Assembly: GCA_944363575.1 (NCBI GenBank)
Contig: CALVUJ010000024.1
Location: forward strand, 144,107-208,106
Source: an uncultured Bacilli bacterium
GTDB lineage: Bacteria; Bacillota_I; Bacilli_A; RFN20; DUOF01
DNA: 64,000 bases
Direction: 5' to 3'
Position numbers and translations under genes: made by a program. The notes below the pieces were generated by a model that saw only the letters and a list, made by a program, of their open reading frames with translations, made no database searches and was not told where the DNA came from. This document shows positions 48,759 to 59,714 of the stretch, piece after piece (position 1 is the stretch's first letter; each line of letters begins with the position of its first letter).

Positions 48759-50561
48759 TTATTCATCATCAACAGACAAAACAGCCATAAAAGCTTCTTG
48801 AGGAACTTCCACACTACCTACTGCTTTCATCCTCTTCTTACCCTCTTTTTGCTTCTCTAAAAGTTTCTTCTTACGCGTAATATCCCCACCATAACACTTC
48901 GCAAGCACATCCTTTTTCATAGCCTTAATTGTACTTCTAGCAATAGCCTTATTATTAATACATGCTTGAATAGGAACTTCAAATTGTTGACGAGGAATAA
49001 TCTCCTTTAATTTCTCACAAATATAATTACCACGATGATAAGCAAAATCCTTATGAACAATAATAGACAAAGCATCTAAACTTTCCCCATTTATTAAAAT
49101 ATCCATTTTTACTAATTTTGCCTCCTTATAACCCGCTAATTCATAATCAAAAGAAGCATACCCCTTAGTACTAGACTTCAACTTATCAAAAAAATCAAAA
49201 ACAATTTCCGCTAAAGGAATTTCATAAATCAATTGCATTCTATTATGATCAATATAAACTAAATCAACATAACTTCCCCTCTTCTTTTGACATAACTCCA
49301 TTAAAGGCCCAACATAATCATTTGGAGTCATAATACTAACCTTTACAACAGGTTCTTCAATTTTAGATATTCTTTGCACATCAGGAAGTTTACTAGGATT
49401 TTCTATTTCAATCATTGACCCATCAGTTAAATAAACATGATAAATAACAGAAGGAGCCGTAGCAATTAAAGGAATATTAAACTCCCTTTCAATTCTCTCT
49501 TCACTAACATCCATATGCAAAAGCCCTAAAAAACCACATCTAAACCCAAACCCTAAAGCTGTAGAAGTTTCAGGTTCAAAAACTATAGAATCATCATTTA
49601 ATTTTAACTTTTCCAAAGCATCTTTTAAATCATTATATTTAGCATTGTCAATAGGATAAATACCAGAATATACCATAGGAACCATCTCTCTATAACCAGG
49701 CAAAGGTTCTTTACAAGGATTATCCGCTAAAGTAACCGTATCCCCAACATGAACATCTTTAACTTGCTTAATAGAAGCACCAATCCAACCAACTTCACCA
49801 GCCTCTAAACAATCTTTCTTTTCTTCTTTAGGCCTCCTAACACCTAATTCTATCACTTCATATATAGCCCCATTAGACATTAGTTTAATCTTATCACCAA
49901 CTTTAACTTTACCTTCTTTAATCCTAACTTGCATAATAACCCCTCGATATGAATCATAGTAAGAATCAAAAATTAAAGCTTGCAAAGCATTTTCATCCTT
50001 CCCACTAGGTGAAGGAACATACTTAACAATAGCTTCTAAAACATCTTCTACCCCCATACCCGTTTTAGCACTTATTAAAGGAGCATGATCGCTAACTAAA
50101 CCAATTACATCTTCAATTTCTTGCTTAACTTTATTAGGATCAGCACTTGGCAAATCTATCTTATTAATAACGGGAATAATCTCTAAATTATTATCTAAAG
50201 CTAAATACACATTAGCAATCGTTTGAGCTTCTATACCTTGAGTAGCATCTACCACTAACAAAGCTCCCTCACATGCTGCAAGTGAACGCGACACCTCATA
50301 AGCAAAATCAACATGACCTGGAGTATCAATCAAATGAAAAATATAAGTATTGCCATCTTTAGTTTTATACTCTAACTGAACACTATTCAACTTAATAGTA
50401 ATTCCTCTTTCTCTTTCTATATCCATATTATCTAATAATTGCTCTTTCATCTCTCGTTTTTCTACTGCCCCACACATCTCAATAATGCGATCTGCCAAAG
50501 TAGACTTACCATGATCAATATGTGCAATGATAGAAAAATTTCTAATCAAACTTTTATTCAT
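48759..50561 (-). CDS. lepA: Elongation factor 4 (LepA)
   Basis: The motifs [15 protein letters not shown] and DTPGHVDF are present, as is the LepA C-terminal domain. Confidence 0.9.
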   Translation of the reverse strand: MNKSLIRNFSIIAHIDHGKSTLADRIIEMCGAVEKREMKEQLLDNMDIERERGITIKLNSVQLEYKTKDGNTYIFHLIDTPGHVDFAYEVSRSLAACEGALLVVDATQGIEAQTIANVYLALDNNLEIIPVINKIDLPSADPNKVKQEIEDVIGLVSDHAPLISAKTGMGVEDVLEAIVKYVPSPSGKDENALQALIFDSYYDSYRGVIMQVRIKEGKVKVGDKIKLMSNGAIYEVIELGVRRPKEEKKDCLEAGEVGWIGASIKQVKDVHVGDTVTLADNPCKEPLPGYREMVPMVYSGIYPIDNAKYNDLKDALEKLKLNDDSIVFEPETSTALGFGFRCGFLGLLHMDVSEERIEREFNIPLIATAPSVIYHVYLTDGSMIEIENPSKLPDVQRISKIEEPVVKVSIMTPNDYVGPLMELCQKKRGSYVDLVYIDHNRMQLIYEIPLAEIVFDFFDKLKSSTKGYASFDYELAGYKEAKLVKMDILINGESLDALSIIVHKDFAYHRGNYICEKLKEIIPRQQFEVPIQACINNKAIARSTIKAMKKDVLAKCYGGDITRKKKLLEKQKEGKKRMKAVGSVEVPQEAFMAVLSVDDE

Positions 50562-50562
50562 A

Positions 50563-50979
50563 TTATAAACTCCTATATATATCTATTAGCGTTTTAATTT
50601 GTTGACCCCCACTAGACTGATTATCATCATCACCAGGTGGAGCTTCTTCTGGTAAAAACCACATTAAAATATAAGATAAAAAAGTAGAAATAATCGTAGA
50701 CACAATTGCCCCAAACATAATAGCTTTAGCCCTATCTCTTTCAGAATCATACATAATCCACGCTATTAAAAAACCAACATATGGCAAAATAAGCCCTATT
50801 AAAAACCACAAAATCAACTTATAATTACGAATCTTTTTACCATGATTAATATGATAAACGTCCATATACTCCTTATTTTCTACATAGTTATCCGTCAAAG
50901 CCCCACATTTAGGACAAATTAAAACATTATCACCACATACCTCACCACAATGCAAACACTTTTTCATATAATCACCCAT
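50563..50979 (-). CDS. Zinc-ribbon protein with C-terminal transmembrane helices
   Basis: The ribbon is [19 protein letters not shown], followed by two hydrophobic helices. It lies 1 nt downstream of lepA. Confidence 0.45.
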   Translation of the reverse strand: MGDYMKKCLHCGEVCGDNVLICPKCGALTDNYVENKEYMDVYHINHGKKIRNYKLILWFLIGLILPYVGFLIAWIMYDSERDRAKAIMFGAIVSTIISTFLSYILMWFLPEEAPPGDDDNQSSGGQQIKTLIDIYRSL

Positions 50980-51079
50980 ATTAATTATATTTAATTTTAA
51001 AATATAATCTACAAAAATAACTATTAATTTATTTTTATATCTTCAAAATCAAGCTTTATTCACCATTCTAAGTTTAAAA

Positions 51080-51286
51080 TTACTCTAGTTCCTTAACCTC
51101 ACCATTATCAAAAATTTTCACAGCTTGACTTTCAATATTTTTCAACTTCTCCTCTAATATTTTACTTAATTTCATACCCTCATCAAAAGCCACCAAAGAT
51201 TCATCTAACGTTAACTCCCCACTCTGAAGTTGCCTAACTAACTCCTTTAATCTCTCTAAATTTTCTTCAAAACTCTTCTCTTCCAT
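51080..51286 (-). CDS. xseB: Exodeoxyribonuclease VII small subunit
   Basis: The motifs FEENLERLKELVRQLQSGELTLDESLVAFDEG are present. The start is placed at the ATG at 51286, with a GGAGGA ribosome-binding site. The track's longer N-terminus overlaps xseA. Confidence 0.8.
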   Translation of the reverse strand: MEEKSFEENLERLKELVRQLQSGELTLDESLVAFDEGMKLSKILEEKLKNIESQAVKIFDNGEVKELE

Positions 51287-51287
51287 C

Positions 51288-52568
51288 TTATTTTTCCTCC
51301 TTTTTAGTAACACTTGCATAAAACTTACCATCACTCACTCTAACCTGCACAACATCATTAACTTCAATATCCTTAACACTACTAATAACCTTATCACTAG
51401 TTTTAACTACACTATAACCCCTAAGCAACACTTTTAAAGGAGAAATATTATCTAAAACACTAACAACATTAAACCATTCATTTCTACAATTAAAATACTT
51501 ATCTTTAAAAGCATTCCTTAACTTATTAACTTCTTCTTTAACAATCAAACTATAATCATTATAAATATTTAAAGCATAATTATTTAATAATAATAACTGA
51601 TTATGAACATCCTTCTTCTTATTATTCACTAAACTAATCAAACTATCTTTATTAAAATTCAAACTTAAATTACTAATTAATAAACGATAATTATTTAAAG
51701 TATTATGAATATACTTACTTAAATCTAACTTATAATTATCTATTTCCTTAATCAACTCTTCAATACTAGGAGTAACAAGCTCTGCTGCCCCACTAGGTGT
51801 AGGAGCCCTCACATCACACACAAAATCACTAATCACAAAATCCGTTTCATGCCCTACTGCACTAACGACAGGCACTTCATAATCATAAAGATAATAAGCT
51901 AACTCTTCATCATTAAAGCACCATAAATCCTCAATACTTCCTCCACCTCTACCAATAATCATTACATCTAAACTAACTTTTTTACTATCTTCTAAAGCCT
52001 TTATAATGCTCTTGCTAGCTCCTTCCCCCTGAACCAAGCAAGGAAAAACAATGATTTCTCCAATTGGCCACCTTCTTTTAATAATAGAAATGATATCCCT
52101 CAAAGCAGCCCCACTACTAGAAGTACAAACTCCTATTTTAAAAGGATATTTTGGCAATTGCTTCTTATGATAACTAGAAAACAAGCCTTCTTCCTCTAAC
52201 TTCTTTTTAAGTCTTTCAAACTCTAAATATAAATTACCTATCCCATCTTTTTCAATATTCTTAACATAAATCTGATAAGTACCACCTTGAAGATAAACAC
52301 TCAAACTACCACTTACAATAATTTTATCCCCTTCATTTAACCTAAAATTAAGATTACTAACATTTGAAGCAAACATCACACACTTAATAACACTCTCGTT
52401 ATCTTTCAAAGAAAAGTAGATATGCCCACTTGGATGATACTTTAAATTAGAAATCTCCCCCTTAACTAAAAGGCTATTAAAAACAACATTATCATCAATA
52501 ATATTTTTCAAATACGTATTCAATTGCGTAACACTAATAATTGAAACATTACTATTTAACATAAGCAA
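51288..52568 (-). CDS. xseA: Exodeoxyribonuclease VII large subunit
   Basis: An OB-fold N-terminus and a conserved catalytic core are present. The gene lies between nusB and xseB. Confidence 0.85.
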   Translation of the reverse strand: MLMLNSNVSIISVTQLNTYLKNIIDDNVVFNSLLVKGEISNLKYHPSGHIYFSLKDNESVIKCVMFASNVSNLNFRLNEGDKIIVSGSLSVYLQGGTYQIYVKNIEKDGIGNLYLEFERLKKKLEEEGLFSSYHKKQLPKYPFKIGVCTSSSGAALRDIISIIKRRWPIGEIIVFPCLVQGEGASKSIIKALEDSKKVSLDVMIIGRGGGSIEDLWCFNDEELAYYLYDYEVPVVSAVGHETDFVISDFVCDVRAPTPSGAAELVTPSIEELIKEIDNYKLDLSKYIHNTLNNYRLLISNLSLNFNKDSLISLVNNKKKDVHNQLLLLNNYALNIYNDYSLIVKEEVNKLRNAFKDKYFNCRNEWFNVVSVLDNISPLKVLLRGYSVVKTSDKVISSVKDIEVNDVVQVRVSDGKFYASVTKKEEK

Positions 52569-52960
52569 TTATCTAAAACCCCATTAATAAACTTATATGA
52601 TGTTTCATCACAATATTTCTTAGCTAACTCTATCCCAACATTAATAACAACTTGTTTAGGTTGCTTCATATATTTAAACTGCGTATAAGCTGACAATAAA
52701 ATAGCTTGCTCTATTAAATTCAAACGATCAAAAGACCAATCATTTAAATACTTAGAAATATCTTTAATACTATCATCAGCATATTTAATACTATCTTTAA
52801 ATAATTTTCTTACAAAAGGATCACACTCTTTAACATCACAATCAAAAACCCCACCAAGTATCTCACTAATAGATGGTTTCATCTCACTATTATAATAAAA
52901 TAAATATTGATATATACAAAAAACTGTTAACTCTTGCAATTTATTACGCGAATAAGCCAC
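52556..52960 (-). CDS. nusB: Transcription antitermination factor NusB
   Basis: The motif LIEQAILLSAYTQF...VVINVGIELAKKY is present. Confidence 0.8.
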   Translation of the reverse strand: MAYSRNKLQELTVFCIYQYLFYYNSEMKPSISEILGGVFDCDVKECDPFVRKLFKDSIKYADDSIKDISKYLNDWSFDRLNLIEQAILLSAYTQFKYMKQPKQVVINVGIELAKKYCDETSYKFINGVLDNCLC

Positions 52961-53019
52961 TTTAATACCCCACTTCTAAGATATTTTACCATACTTAACC
53001 TAAATTGAACACTATTTTA

Positions 53020-54075
53020 TTAATTATTAATTTTAATTAATTTTTTAGTACAATTAGTCAATAACTCACAACCATTTTCCCTAACAACCACATCATCTTC
53101 TATTCTAATTCCACCAAGCCCTTCAACATAAATTCCAGGTTCTACCGTAAACACCATACCTTCTTTTAAAACAACATCACTAAAAGGACTAATAGCCAAA
53201 CTATCATGAACCAAAATACCTAACCCATGCCCTGTACTATGCGTAAAATAATCTCCATAACCCATCTTACTAATATAATCACGACACGCAAAATCAACCT
53301 CTTTAGCTTTAATACCAGGCCTAATAATATCAAGTGCTTTTTGTTGAGCTTCCCTAACAATCTCATAAATCTCTAACATTTTTTTACTAGGCTTACCCAC
53401 TACAAAACTTCTAGTAAGATCACTACAATAAAAATCTTTTATACACCCAAAATCTAAAGTAACAAAATCTCCTTCTTTAATTCTTTTATTACTAGCAATA
53501 CCATGAGGCATCGCTCCCCTAGCCCCACTAGCTACAATGATCTCAAAAGACTCTTTACTAGCCCCAAGTTCAAGCATATAACGAATCATCTCATTACGAA
53601 CTTCCATTTCCTTCATCCCAACTTTAACAAACCCCAAAATATGCTTATAACACTTATCCGCTATCACACAAGCCTTTTTAATTGCTCTAATCTCTTCTTC
53701 ATCTTTAACATACTTCAAAGACTCAATATTTAAACTAACTAATTCTTTATTTAACCCTTCACTCCAAGCTTTATAACGATTAAAAGCTAAATTCTCCTCA
53801 AAACCAATTCTTACAATCTCTTCGCTAATTAATTCCCTAAAAACACTCAAATAACTCTTAGTAATAGTAATAACTTTAAAATCTCTCGCTTCTTTACTAG
53901 CTTGAATAGTATATCTACTATCAGTAATCAAATAACACTCTTTCATAGTAATAAAAAGTAGGGCATCTTCACTAGTAAAATGCGAATAATAAAAGATATT
54001 AGCAAAATTACTAATAATCATTGCATCTATCTCTTGTTTCTTCATATATTTCCTTAATTTACTAATTCGATACAT
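53020..54075 (-). CDS. pepP: Xaa-Pro aminopeptidase (M24B)
   Basis: The motifs HSTGHGLGILVHD and GMVFTVEPGIY are present. Confidence 0.8.
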   Translation of the reverse strand: MYRISKLRKYMKKQEIDAMIISNFANIFYYSHFTSEDALLFITMKECYLITDSRYTIQASKEARDFKVITITKSYLSVFRELISEEIVRIGFEENLAFNRYKAWSEGLNKELVSLNIESLKYVKDEEEIRAIKKACVIADKCYKHILGFVKVGMKEMEVRNEMIRYMLELGASKESFEIIVASGARGAMPHGIASNKRIKEGDFVTLDFGCIKDFYCSDLTRSFVVGKPSKKMLEIYEIVREAQQKALDIIRPGIKAKEVDFACRDYISKMGYGDYFTHSTGHGLGILVHDSLAISPFSDVVLKEGMVFTVEPGIYVEGLGGIRIEDDVVVRENGCELLTNCTKKLIKINN

Positions 54076-54115
54076 AAAAACACCTCCACCACAAAAAAAA
54101 CTCTATAAAAGAGTT

Positions 54116-54445
54116 TTACTTAACAACAATACCATCTACCCTAACATTAATTTTAGGATTCCCAATTTCACACATATTAACAAGTGCTGTTTCAACCTTC
54201 TCTTGAATAACACCTGTAACTTGATTAACGTTAACCCCATAATCTACTTTAATAGCAATATTAACAATAAAAGTTTCTTCTTTTGTTTCACAATTCACTT
54301 TCATAACGCTAATATTTTTAACATCTTTCAACGTTTCCTTAATAACGTTACAAATAGCTTCATAAGCAATACCAATCTTTCCAAAATTAGAATAGTTTTT
54401 AATATAATGATACACGGCTTGAGCCATTAAAATCCCCCATTTCAC
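54116..54445 (-). CDS. Asp23/Gls24-family alkaline shock protein
   Basis: An Asp23 fold signature is present, and the gene sits upstream of nusB as in Bacillus yqhY. Confidence 0.7.
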   Translation of the reverse strand: MKWGILMAQAVYHYIKNYSNFGKIGIAYEAICNVIKETLKDVKNISVMKVNCETKEETFIVNIAIKVDYGVNVNQVTGVIQEKVETALVNMCEIGNPKINVRVDGIVVK

Positions 54446-54484
54446 ATTATTATTATAAAACTATTTATCCCTCTTTTCAATTAT

Positions 54485-54979
54485 TTATGCTTTAAATGAT
54501 ACACTAGGAACATACTTATTACCTAACTTTTCATAAGCAATTTTAATAATGTTAACAGCATCACTCTTACTAGCATCTTTCTTAGCAACTAAAATATTAA
54601 CTACATTATCTTCATACTCTACATAAGCATTACTATATCCTGCTTCCTTTATAGCTTGCTTCAAACTTTCTTCTTCCTTAGTCATCTTCTTCTTATTAGC
54701 AATCATCTCCAAAGCCTCAATCTTTTCTTCCATAGTAGCACTACTAGAAGCAACAATTTGATTCAACTCATCAATATCATCATTAATCTTACTAACCTTA
54801 GCCAACTCTAAACTCTCAAAATAAGCATCCTCACCATCACTAACACTAACAACGGCATCTTCCCCACTAGTAGGATTCTCTAAAGTAGCGTTATTTACAG
54901 GAACTAACACATAATAAATAGCAAGAACTAACACCAAACTAAACAAAGATAAAAACGAGATTAAACGACGATTTTTCAT
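54485..54979 (-). CDS. spoIIIAH: SpoIIIAH-like membrane protein (N-terminal transmembrane segment plus YscJ-like extracytoplasmic domain)
   Basis: An N-terminal transmembrane helix is present. The C-terminal segment AIKEAGYSNAYVEYEDNVVNILV resembles the SpoIIIAH KGY..V....V.V motif. Its position upstream of asp23 and nusB matches Bacillus. Other spoIIIA genes are not nearby. Confidence 0.45.
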   Translation of the reverse strand: MKNRRLISFLSLFSLVLVLAIYYVLVPVNNATLENPTSGEDAVVSVSDGEDAYFESLELAKVSKINDDIDELNQIVASSSATMEEKIEALEMIANKKKMTKEEESLKQAIKEAGYSNAYVEYEDNVVNILVAKKDASKSDAVNIIKIAYEKLGNKYVPSVSFKA

Positions 54980-55047
54980 ATAAATTTTTCCCCCTTAAAT
55001 TATTTTTATTAATATATATTAAAGAAGAATCACATATAGAACACTTT

Positions 55048-55851
55048 TTATAAATTTTTATCACAAAAAACTAAATTACTAATAATCTCTTCACCTAAAT
55101 AACTAGAACAATATTCAACACATTCCTTATAACTACTTATTTGATTCCTAAAATGAGCATCTACACCATACACTACCTTAACATGATATTCACTAGCAAT
55201 CTTCCAAAATTCTTTACAAGGATAAGCTATCTTCTTACTCTCCTTAACCAAAAACATTGCAATTCTAGTTAAGTTAATTTCTAATGGTACACCATACTTA
55301 ACTGCACTCTCACAAATAATTCGTGTAGCCCGTTGCTCAGTTTCACCAAATCTCTCACTAGATAACATAAATAAATCAGGATGAGCCACGATATCTACAA
55401 GCCCTTTTTCCATAGCTTCCTTCACCAAATAAGCATACCTTAACACATCCTCACTAGAATTACTACTATACCCAATTATCTTAAAATTACTACCATCATC
55501 ATCACAAACAAAATGTTGCCCTAAAATCATTTTATCTGTCTCTTTTTTTAATTGCTTCAAATATTCTTCTTCACTAGGAACATATTCAAACTCAAAACCA
55601 ACTTCTATATCAATTAAAATTTTATACTTTTCTTTTAAAGTTTTAATACTCTTATAATATTCATCTTTCATCGAATAATCCATACGCATATTATTTCTAA
55701 AATCAATTTTATTCATAAAAGGAACATGATCCGTAAAAGCAATCTTCTTAAAACCATATTCAATAAACATTTTTACATATTCTTCATCAGACATACTCAT
55801 ATCCGCATGCCCACATCTATACGTATGCGTATGATAATTAAAATCTTGCAT
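55048..55851 (-). CDS. PHP-domain phosphoesterase (histidinol-phosphatase HisJ family)
   Basis: The PHP metal-binding motif YHTHTYRCGHA is present. Confidence 0.6.
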   Translation of the reverse strand: MQDFNYHTHTYRCGHADMSMSDEEYVKMFIEYGFKKIAFTDHVPFMNKIDFRNNMRMDYSMKDEYYKSIKTLKEKYKILIDIEVGFEFEYVPSEEEYLKQLKKETDKMILGQHFVCDDDGSNFKIIGYSSNSSEDVLRYAYLVKEAMEKGLVDIVAHPDLFMLSSERFGETEQRATRIICESAVKYGVPLEINLTRIAMFLVKESKKIAYPCKEFWKIASEYHVKVVYGVDAHFRNQISSYKECVEYCSSYLGEEIISNLVFCDKNL

Positions 55852-55900
55852 AATATACCCCCATTTAACAAAAAGGTAATGCTTTAAACATTACCATAAT

Positions 55901-57664
55901 TTATTCCAAAATTGCTTTAATTCTACGAACCCCAGCACTACTAGCTTCTTCTTTAGTAATCTTAAAATGCCCTAACTCGCTAGTATTACTAACATGTGGC
56001 CCACCACATAATTCTTTAGAAATATCACCAATCTTATAAACCGTAACAACATCACCATACTTTTCAATAAACATAGCTTCTGCTCCCATCTTCAAAGCTT
56101 CTTCTTTATTCATTTCTAATTTCTCTACTTCTAAACTTCTACTAATATACTCATTAACCAAGTCTTCCGTTCTCTTCAATTCTTCACTAGTCATCTTACT
56201 ATCATGAGAAAAATCAAAACGCATTCTCTCTACCGTAATATTACTACCTTTTTGATGAACATGATCCCCTAAAACAACTTTTAAAGCTGCATTCAATAAA
56301 TGAGTAGCCGTATGATACTTAGTCTCCATTTCCCCAGTAGATGCTAACCCGCCTTTAAACTTACCTGCTGCTCCTTGTCTAGACTTCTCTTGATGCTCCA
56401 TAAACTTTACTTTAAACCCTTCTTCATCAACTTTAATACCCTTTTCTCTAGCAAGTTCAACCGTTAACTCTAAAGGAAAACCATAAGTATCATATAACTT
56501 AAAAGCATTAGAGGCATCAATAACCCTACTAGATAACCTACTAACAATCTTATCAAATTCTTTTAACCCTGTCTCCAAAGACTTAACAAACTTCTTTTTC
56601 TCTAAACTAATTTCCTCTAAAATAATTTTCTCATTTCTCTCTAATTCTTTATAAGTACCTTTAAGCTTATCTATAAACATCTTACAAATAACTAAATCAA
56701 AATCACTATTAACATCCATATTTAACTTACGTGCATGCCTAATAGCTCTCCTAATTAACCTACGCACAACATAACCCTGATCAGTATTTGAAGGTTTAAT
56801 AAGTGCATCATCACCACAAATAACTACTACACTACGATAATGATCAGCAATAATACGCATGCTAGCCTTATTATTGTCATCCTCATAAGATAAACCAGAT
56901 AACTCCTCTATCTTCTTAATAACATCTTTAAATAAAGAAGTCTTATAATTATCATCTACATTTTCTAAAACAGCAGTAACCCTCTCTACTCCCATACCAG
57001 TATCAACATTTTTATTCTTTAAAGGCTCAAAAGTATTATTCTCTAAATGATTGTACTGCATAAAAACATTATTCCAAATCTCAACCCATCTTTTATCACT
57101 AGGATCAAAAACCTCAGGAACTTCCTCATCACTTCTAAAATAAAAAATCTCCGTATCAGGACCACAAGGACCCAAAAGCTCCATATTAGGCCACCAGTTA
57201 TCATCTTCTCCTAAAAAAGCAATTCTCTCTTCTTTAATTCCTAAACTTTTCCAAATAGAAGCACTCTCTTCATCTTTACCAACTAAATCATTACCCTTAA
57301 AAACCGTAACAGCTAATTTACTAACAGGAATATTTAAAATCTTAGTTAAAAATTCAAAACTCCAACTAATAGACTCTTTCTTAAAATAATCTCCTAAAGA
57401 CAAATTAAATAACATATCAAAAAAAGTATGATGATAACTATCACCAACAGAATCCAAATCATTCGTTCTAAAACACTTTTGCACATCTACTAACCTTGTC
57501 CCTAAAGGATGCTTAGCACCCTTTAAATAAGGAATAAGAGGTTGCATACCCGCTGTATTAAATAAACATGTAGGATCATTCTCAGGAATAACAGAACTAG
57601 AAGGAATAATCACATGACCTTTACTCTTAAAAAAACTTAAATATTTCTCTTTTAAATCTAACAT
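55901..57664 (-). CDS. alaS: Alanyl-tRNA synthetase, short 587-aa form (catalytic core fused directly to the HxxxH/CxxxH editing module; no C-Ala domain)
   Basis: Class II AlaRS motifs FNTAGMQP and HHTFFDMLFNLSLGDYFK are present, as is LYDTYGFP. The editing motifs are HTATHLLNAAL and CGGPHV. The gene ends 49 nt before the next gene. Confidence 0.75.
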   Translation of the reverse strand: MLDLKEKYLSFFKSKGHVIIPSSSVIPENDPTCLFNTAGMQPLIPYLKGAKHPLGTRLVDVQKCFRTNDLDSVGDSYHHTFFDMLFNLSLGDYFKKESISWSFEFLTKILNIPVSKLAVTVFKGNDLVGKDEESASIWKSLGIKEERIAFLGEDDNWWPNMELLGPCGPDTEIFYFRSDEEVPEVFDPSDKRWVEIWNNVFMQYNHLENNTFEPLKNKNVDTGMGVERVTAVLENVDDNYKTSLFKDVIKKIEELSGLSYEDDNNKASMRIIADHYRSVVVICGDDALIKPSNTDQGYVVRRLIRRAIRHARKLNMDVNSDFDLVICKMFIDKLKGTYKELERNEKIILEEISLEKKKFVKSLETGLKEFDKIVSRLSSRVIDASNAFKLYDTYGFPLELTVELAREKGIKVDEEGFKVKFMEHQEKSRQGAAGKFKGGLASTGEMETKYHTATHLLNAALKVVLGDHVHQKGSNITVERMRFDFSHDSKMTSEELKRTEDLVNEYISRSLEVEKLEMNKEEALKMGAEAMFIEKYGDVVTVYKIGDISKELCGGPHVSNTSELGHFKITKEEASSAGVRRIKAILE

Positions 57665-57823
57665 ATATAGACCTCTTTTCTTTTACTAGCATATTCTAGC
57701 AACAAGACAAAAACAAGTCAATTATTACTTTATTTTAAAATAACTTTAGCCTATAATTAATAAAAAAACAAAATTCAAGTTAATTTCAATAAATATTTTC
57801 TACAATAAAAAAGGGGTGAGATA

Positions 57824-58501
57824 ATGAAAATATTACTAGTAGATGATGAAAAGCAACTAACAGATGCCCTAAGTGCCGTTCTTATAAAAAATAAATATAA
57901 TGTAGATGTAGCAAATAATGGTGAAGATGGTTTAGAATATGCTCTTACTGGTCTATATGATGCGATTGTTTTAGATATCATGTTACCTTATATCGATGGA
58001 TATGAAATTTTAAAAAGAGTAAGAAGCAAAAAGATTACCACACCAATAATTATGCTAAGTGCTAAAAGTGATGTAAATAATAAAATAATGGGCTTAGATT
58101 ATGGTGCGGATGACTACTTATCAAAACCATTTGATACAGACGAACTACTAGCAAGACTTAAAGCCATAACTAGAAGAAAAGGAGAAATAGCAGATAACAT
58201 CCTAACTTTTGGAGATCTTTCTTTAAATTGTAATTCACATGAACTAATAAAAGGAACGCAAAGTATTAGTTTAGGACTTAAAGAATATGAAATTATGGAA
58301 ATATTGTTAAAAAACACATCTTCTCTTATATCAAAAGAATTTTTTATAACTAAAGTATGGGGATATGATAGTGATGTAGAATATAACACTATTGAAGTTT
58401 ACATTTCCTTTTTAAGAAGAAAATTACAATCTTTAAATTCCATAGTAAAAATAAAGTCTTCAAGAGGAAGTGGCTATAAATTGGAGTACACAAATGATTA
58501 A
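57824..58501 (+). CDS. OmpR-family response regulator
   Basis: The receiver has DDE and D in VLDIMLP. A winged-helix C-terminus is present. Confidence 0.85.
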   Translation: MKILLVDDEKQLTDALSAVLIKNKYNVDVANNGEDGLEYALTGLYDAIVLDIMLPYIDGYEILKRVRSKKITTPIIMLSAKSDVNNKIMGLDYGADDYLSKPFDTDELLARLKAITRRKGEIADNILTFGDLSLNCNSHELIKGTQSISLGLKEYEIMEILLKNTSSLISKEFFITKVWGYDSDVEYNTIEVYISFLRRKLQSLNSIVKIKSSRGSGYKLEYTND

Positions 58502-59687
58502 GAAAGTTCAAATGAAATTTGTCGCCGTTATGATGATCATTTTAAGTTTTATCATGATTTTTGTAAGTGGTGCAGTTTTACTAAACTTAACTATTAATGA
58601 AAATAAAGAAATAAAAGTTTCTTTAAATCTTATTATACGTAACTATCGAAACGAACTTTCTCCTTTCGATGATAAAACTCCTGAAGAAAACCTCAACAAT
58701 TTACGTAGCTTTGCAATTGAACTAGATAATAACTACAACATTATATACATGAAATACGAAGAAAACACCTTTACTAAAGAAAGCATTATTACTTTAACTA
58801 ATAAAATCATTAATCGTAAAGATAATGAAGGAAAAATTGATAACATCGCTTACCTAAAAACAACTAATGAAAACGGAATGGTAATTGCAGCAATTGACCG
58901 AACAATTGAAAACAGCGTCTTTTATCAAACAATCATCAGTATTATTATCTTTACTATCGTAGGGTTACTAACACTACTAAGTATTATTATTCTTCTATCT
59001 TTTTGGATTGTTAAACCTATAAAAGAAACATTAGACAAACAAAAAAGATTTATTTCCGACTCAAGTCATGAACTAAAAACACCATTATCCATTATTAATG
59101 CTAATGTTGATGCCCTAAGTAATGAAATAGGAAATAATGATTGGATTAATAATATTAAATCACAAACTTCAAGAATGAACACTCTAATAATTGATATGCT
59201 ACAATTAGCTAAACTTGAAGAAACTAAAACTATTATTAACAATCAAATTGACTTAAGTCACATCATTGAAAACACTATCTTACCATTTGAAGCCCTAGCC
59301 TTTGAAAGCAATAAAAAACTAACTATTAATATTGAAAAAAATATTTCTTACATTGGAAATGAAGAAAACATTAAAAACATTACTAATATTTTTATGGACA
59401 ATGCAATAAAATATAGTAACGAAAAAGGGAAAATAAAAGTAACTCTAAAAAAAGAAAAAAACACTCCTTTTTTAGAAATATATAATACAGGCTGTACTTT
59501 TCTTAACGAAGAAAGAGATAAGATCTTTCAAAGGTTTTATCGAAATGATAACTCAAGAAACAGGGAAACTGGAGGAAGTGGCTTAGGATTATCCATTGCT
59601 AAAACAATCGCCGATAAAAATAACTGGAAAATAGAAGTAGACAGTGAATATAATAAATACACCAAATTTACAATTTATTTTGAATAA
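58494..59687 (+). CDS. Sensor histidine kinase (two transmembrane helices, HisKA plus HATPase_c)
   Basis: The H-box is SDSSHELKTPLS and the ATP-binding boxes are N, G1 and G2, with GGSGLGLSIAK. The ATG at 58494 has a GGAG ribosome-binding site and is preferred over the track start at 58470. Confidence 0.8.
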   Translation: MIKKVQMKFVAVMMIILSFIMIFVSGAVLLNLTINENKEIKVSLNLIIRNYRNELSPFDDKTPEENLNNLRSFAIELDNNYNIIYMKYEENTFTKESIITLTNKIINRKDNEGKIDNIAYLKTTNENGMVIAAIDRTIENSVFYQTIISIIIFTIVGLLTLLSIIILLSFWIVKPIKETLDKQKRFISDSSHELKTPLSIINANVDALSNEIGNNDWINNIKSQTSRMNTLIIDMLQLAKLEETKTIINNQIDLSHIIENTILPFEALAFESNKKLTINIEKNISYIGNEENIKNITNIFMDNAIKYSNEKGKIKVTLKKEKNTPFLEIYNTGCTFLNEERDKIFQRFYRNDNSRNRETGGSGLGLSIAKTIADKNNWKIEVDSEYNKYTKFTIYFE

Positions 59688-59714
59688 AAAATCGCCCATT
59701 TTGGACGATTTTAT

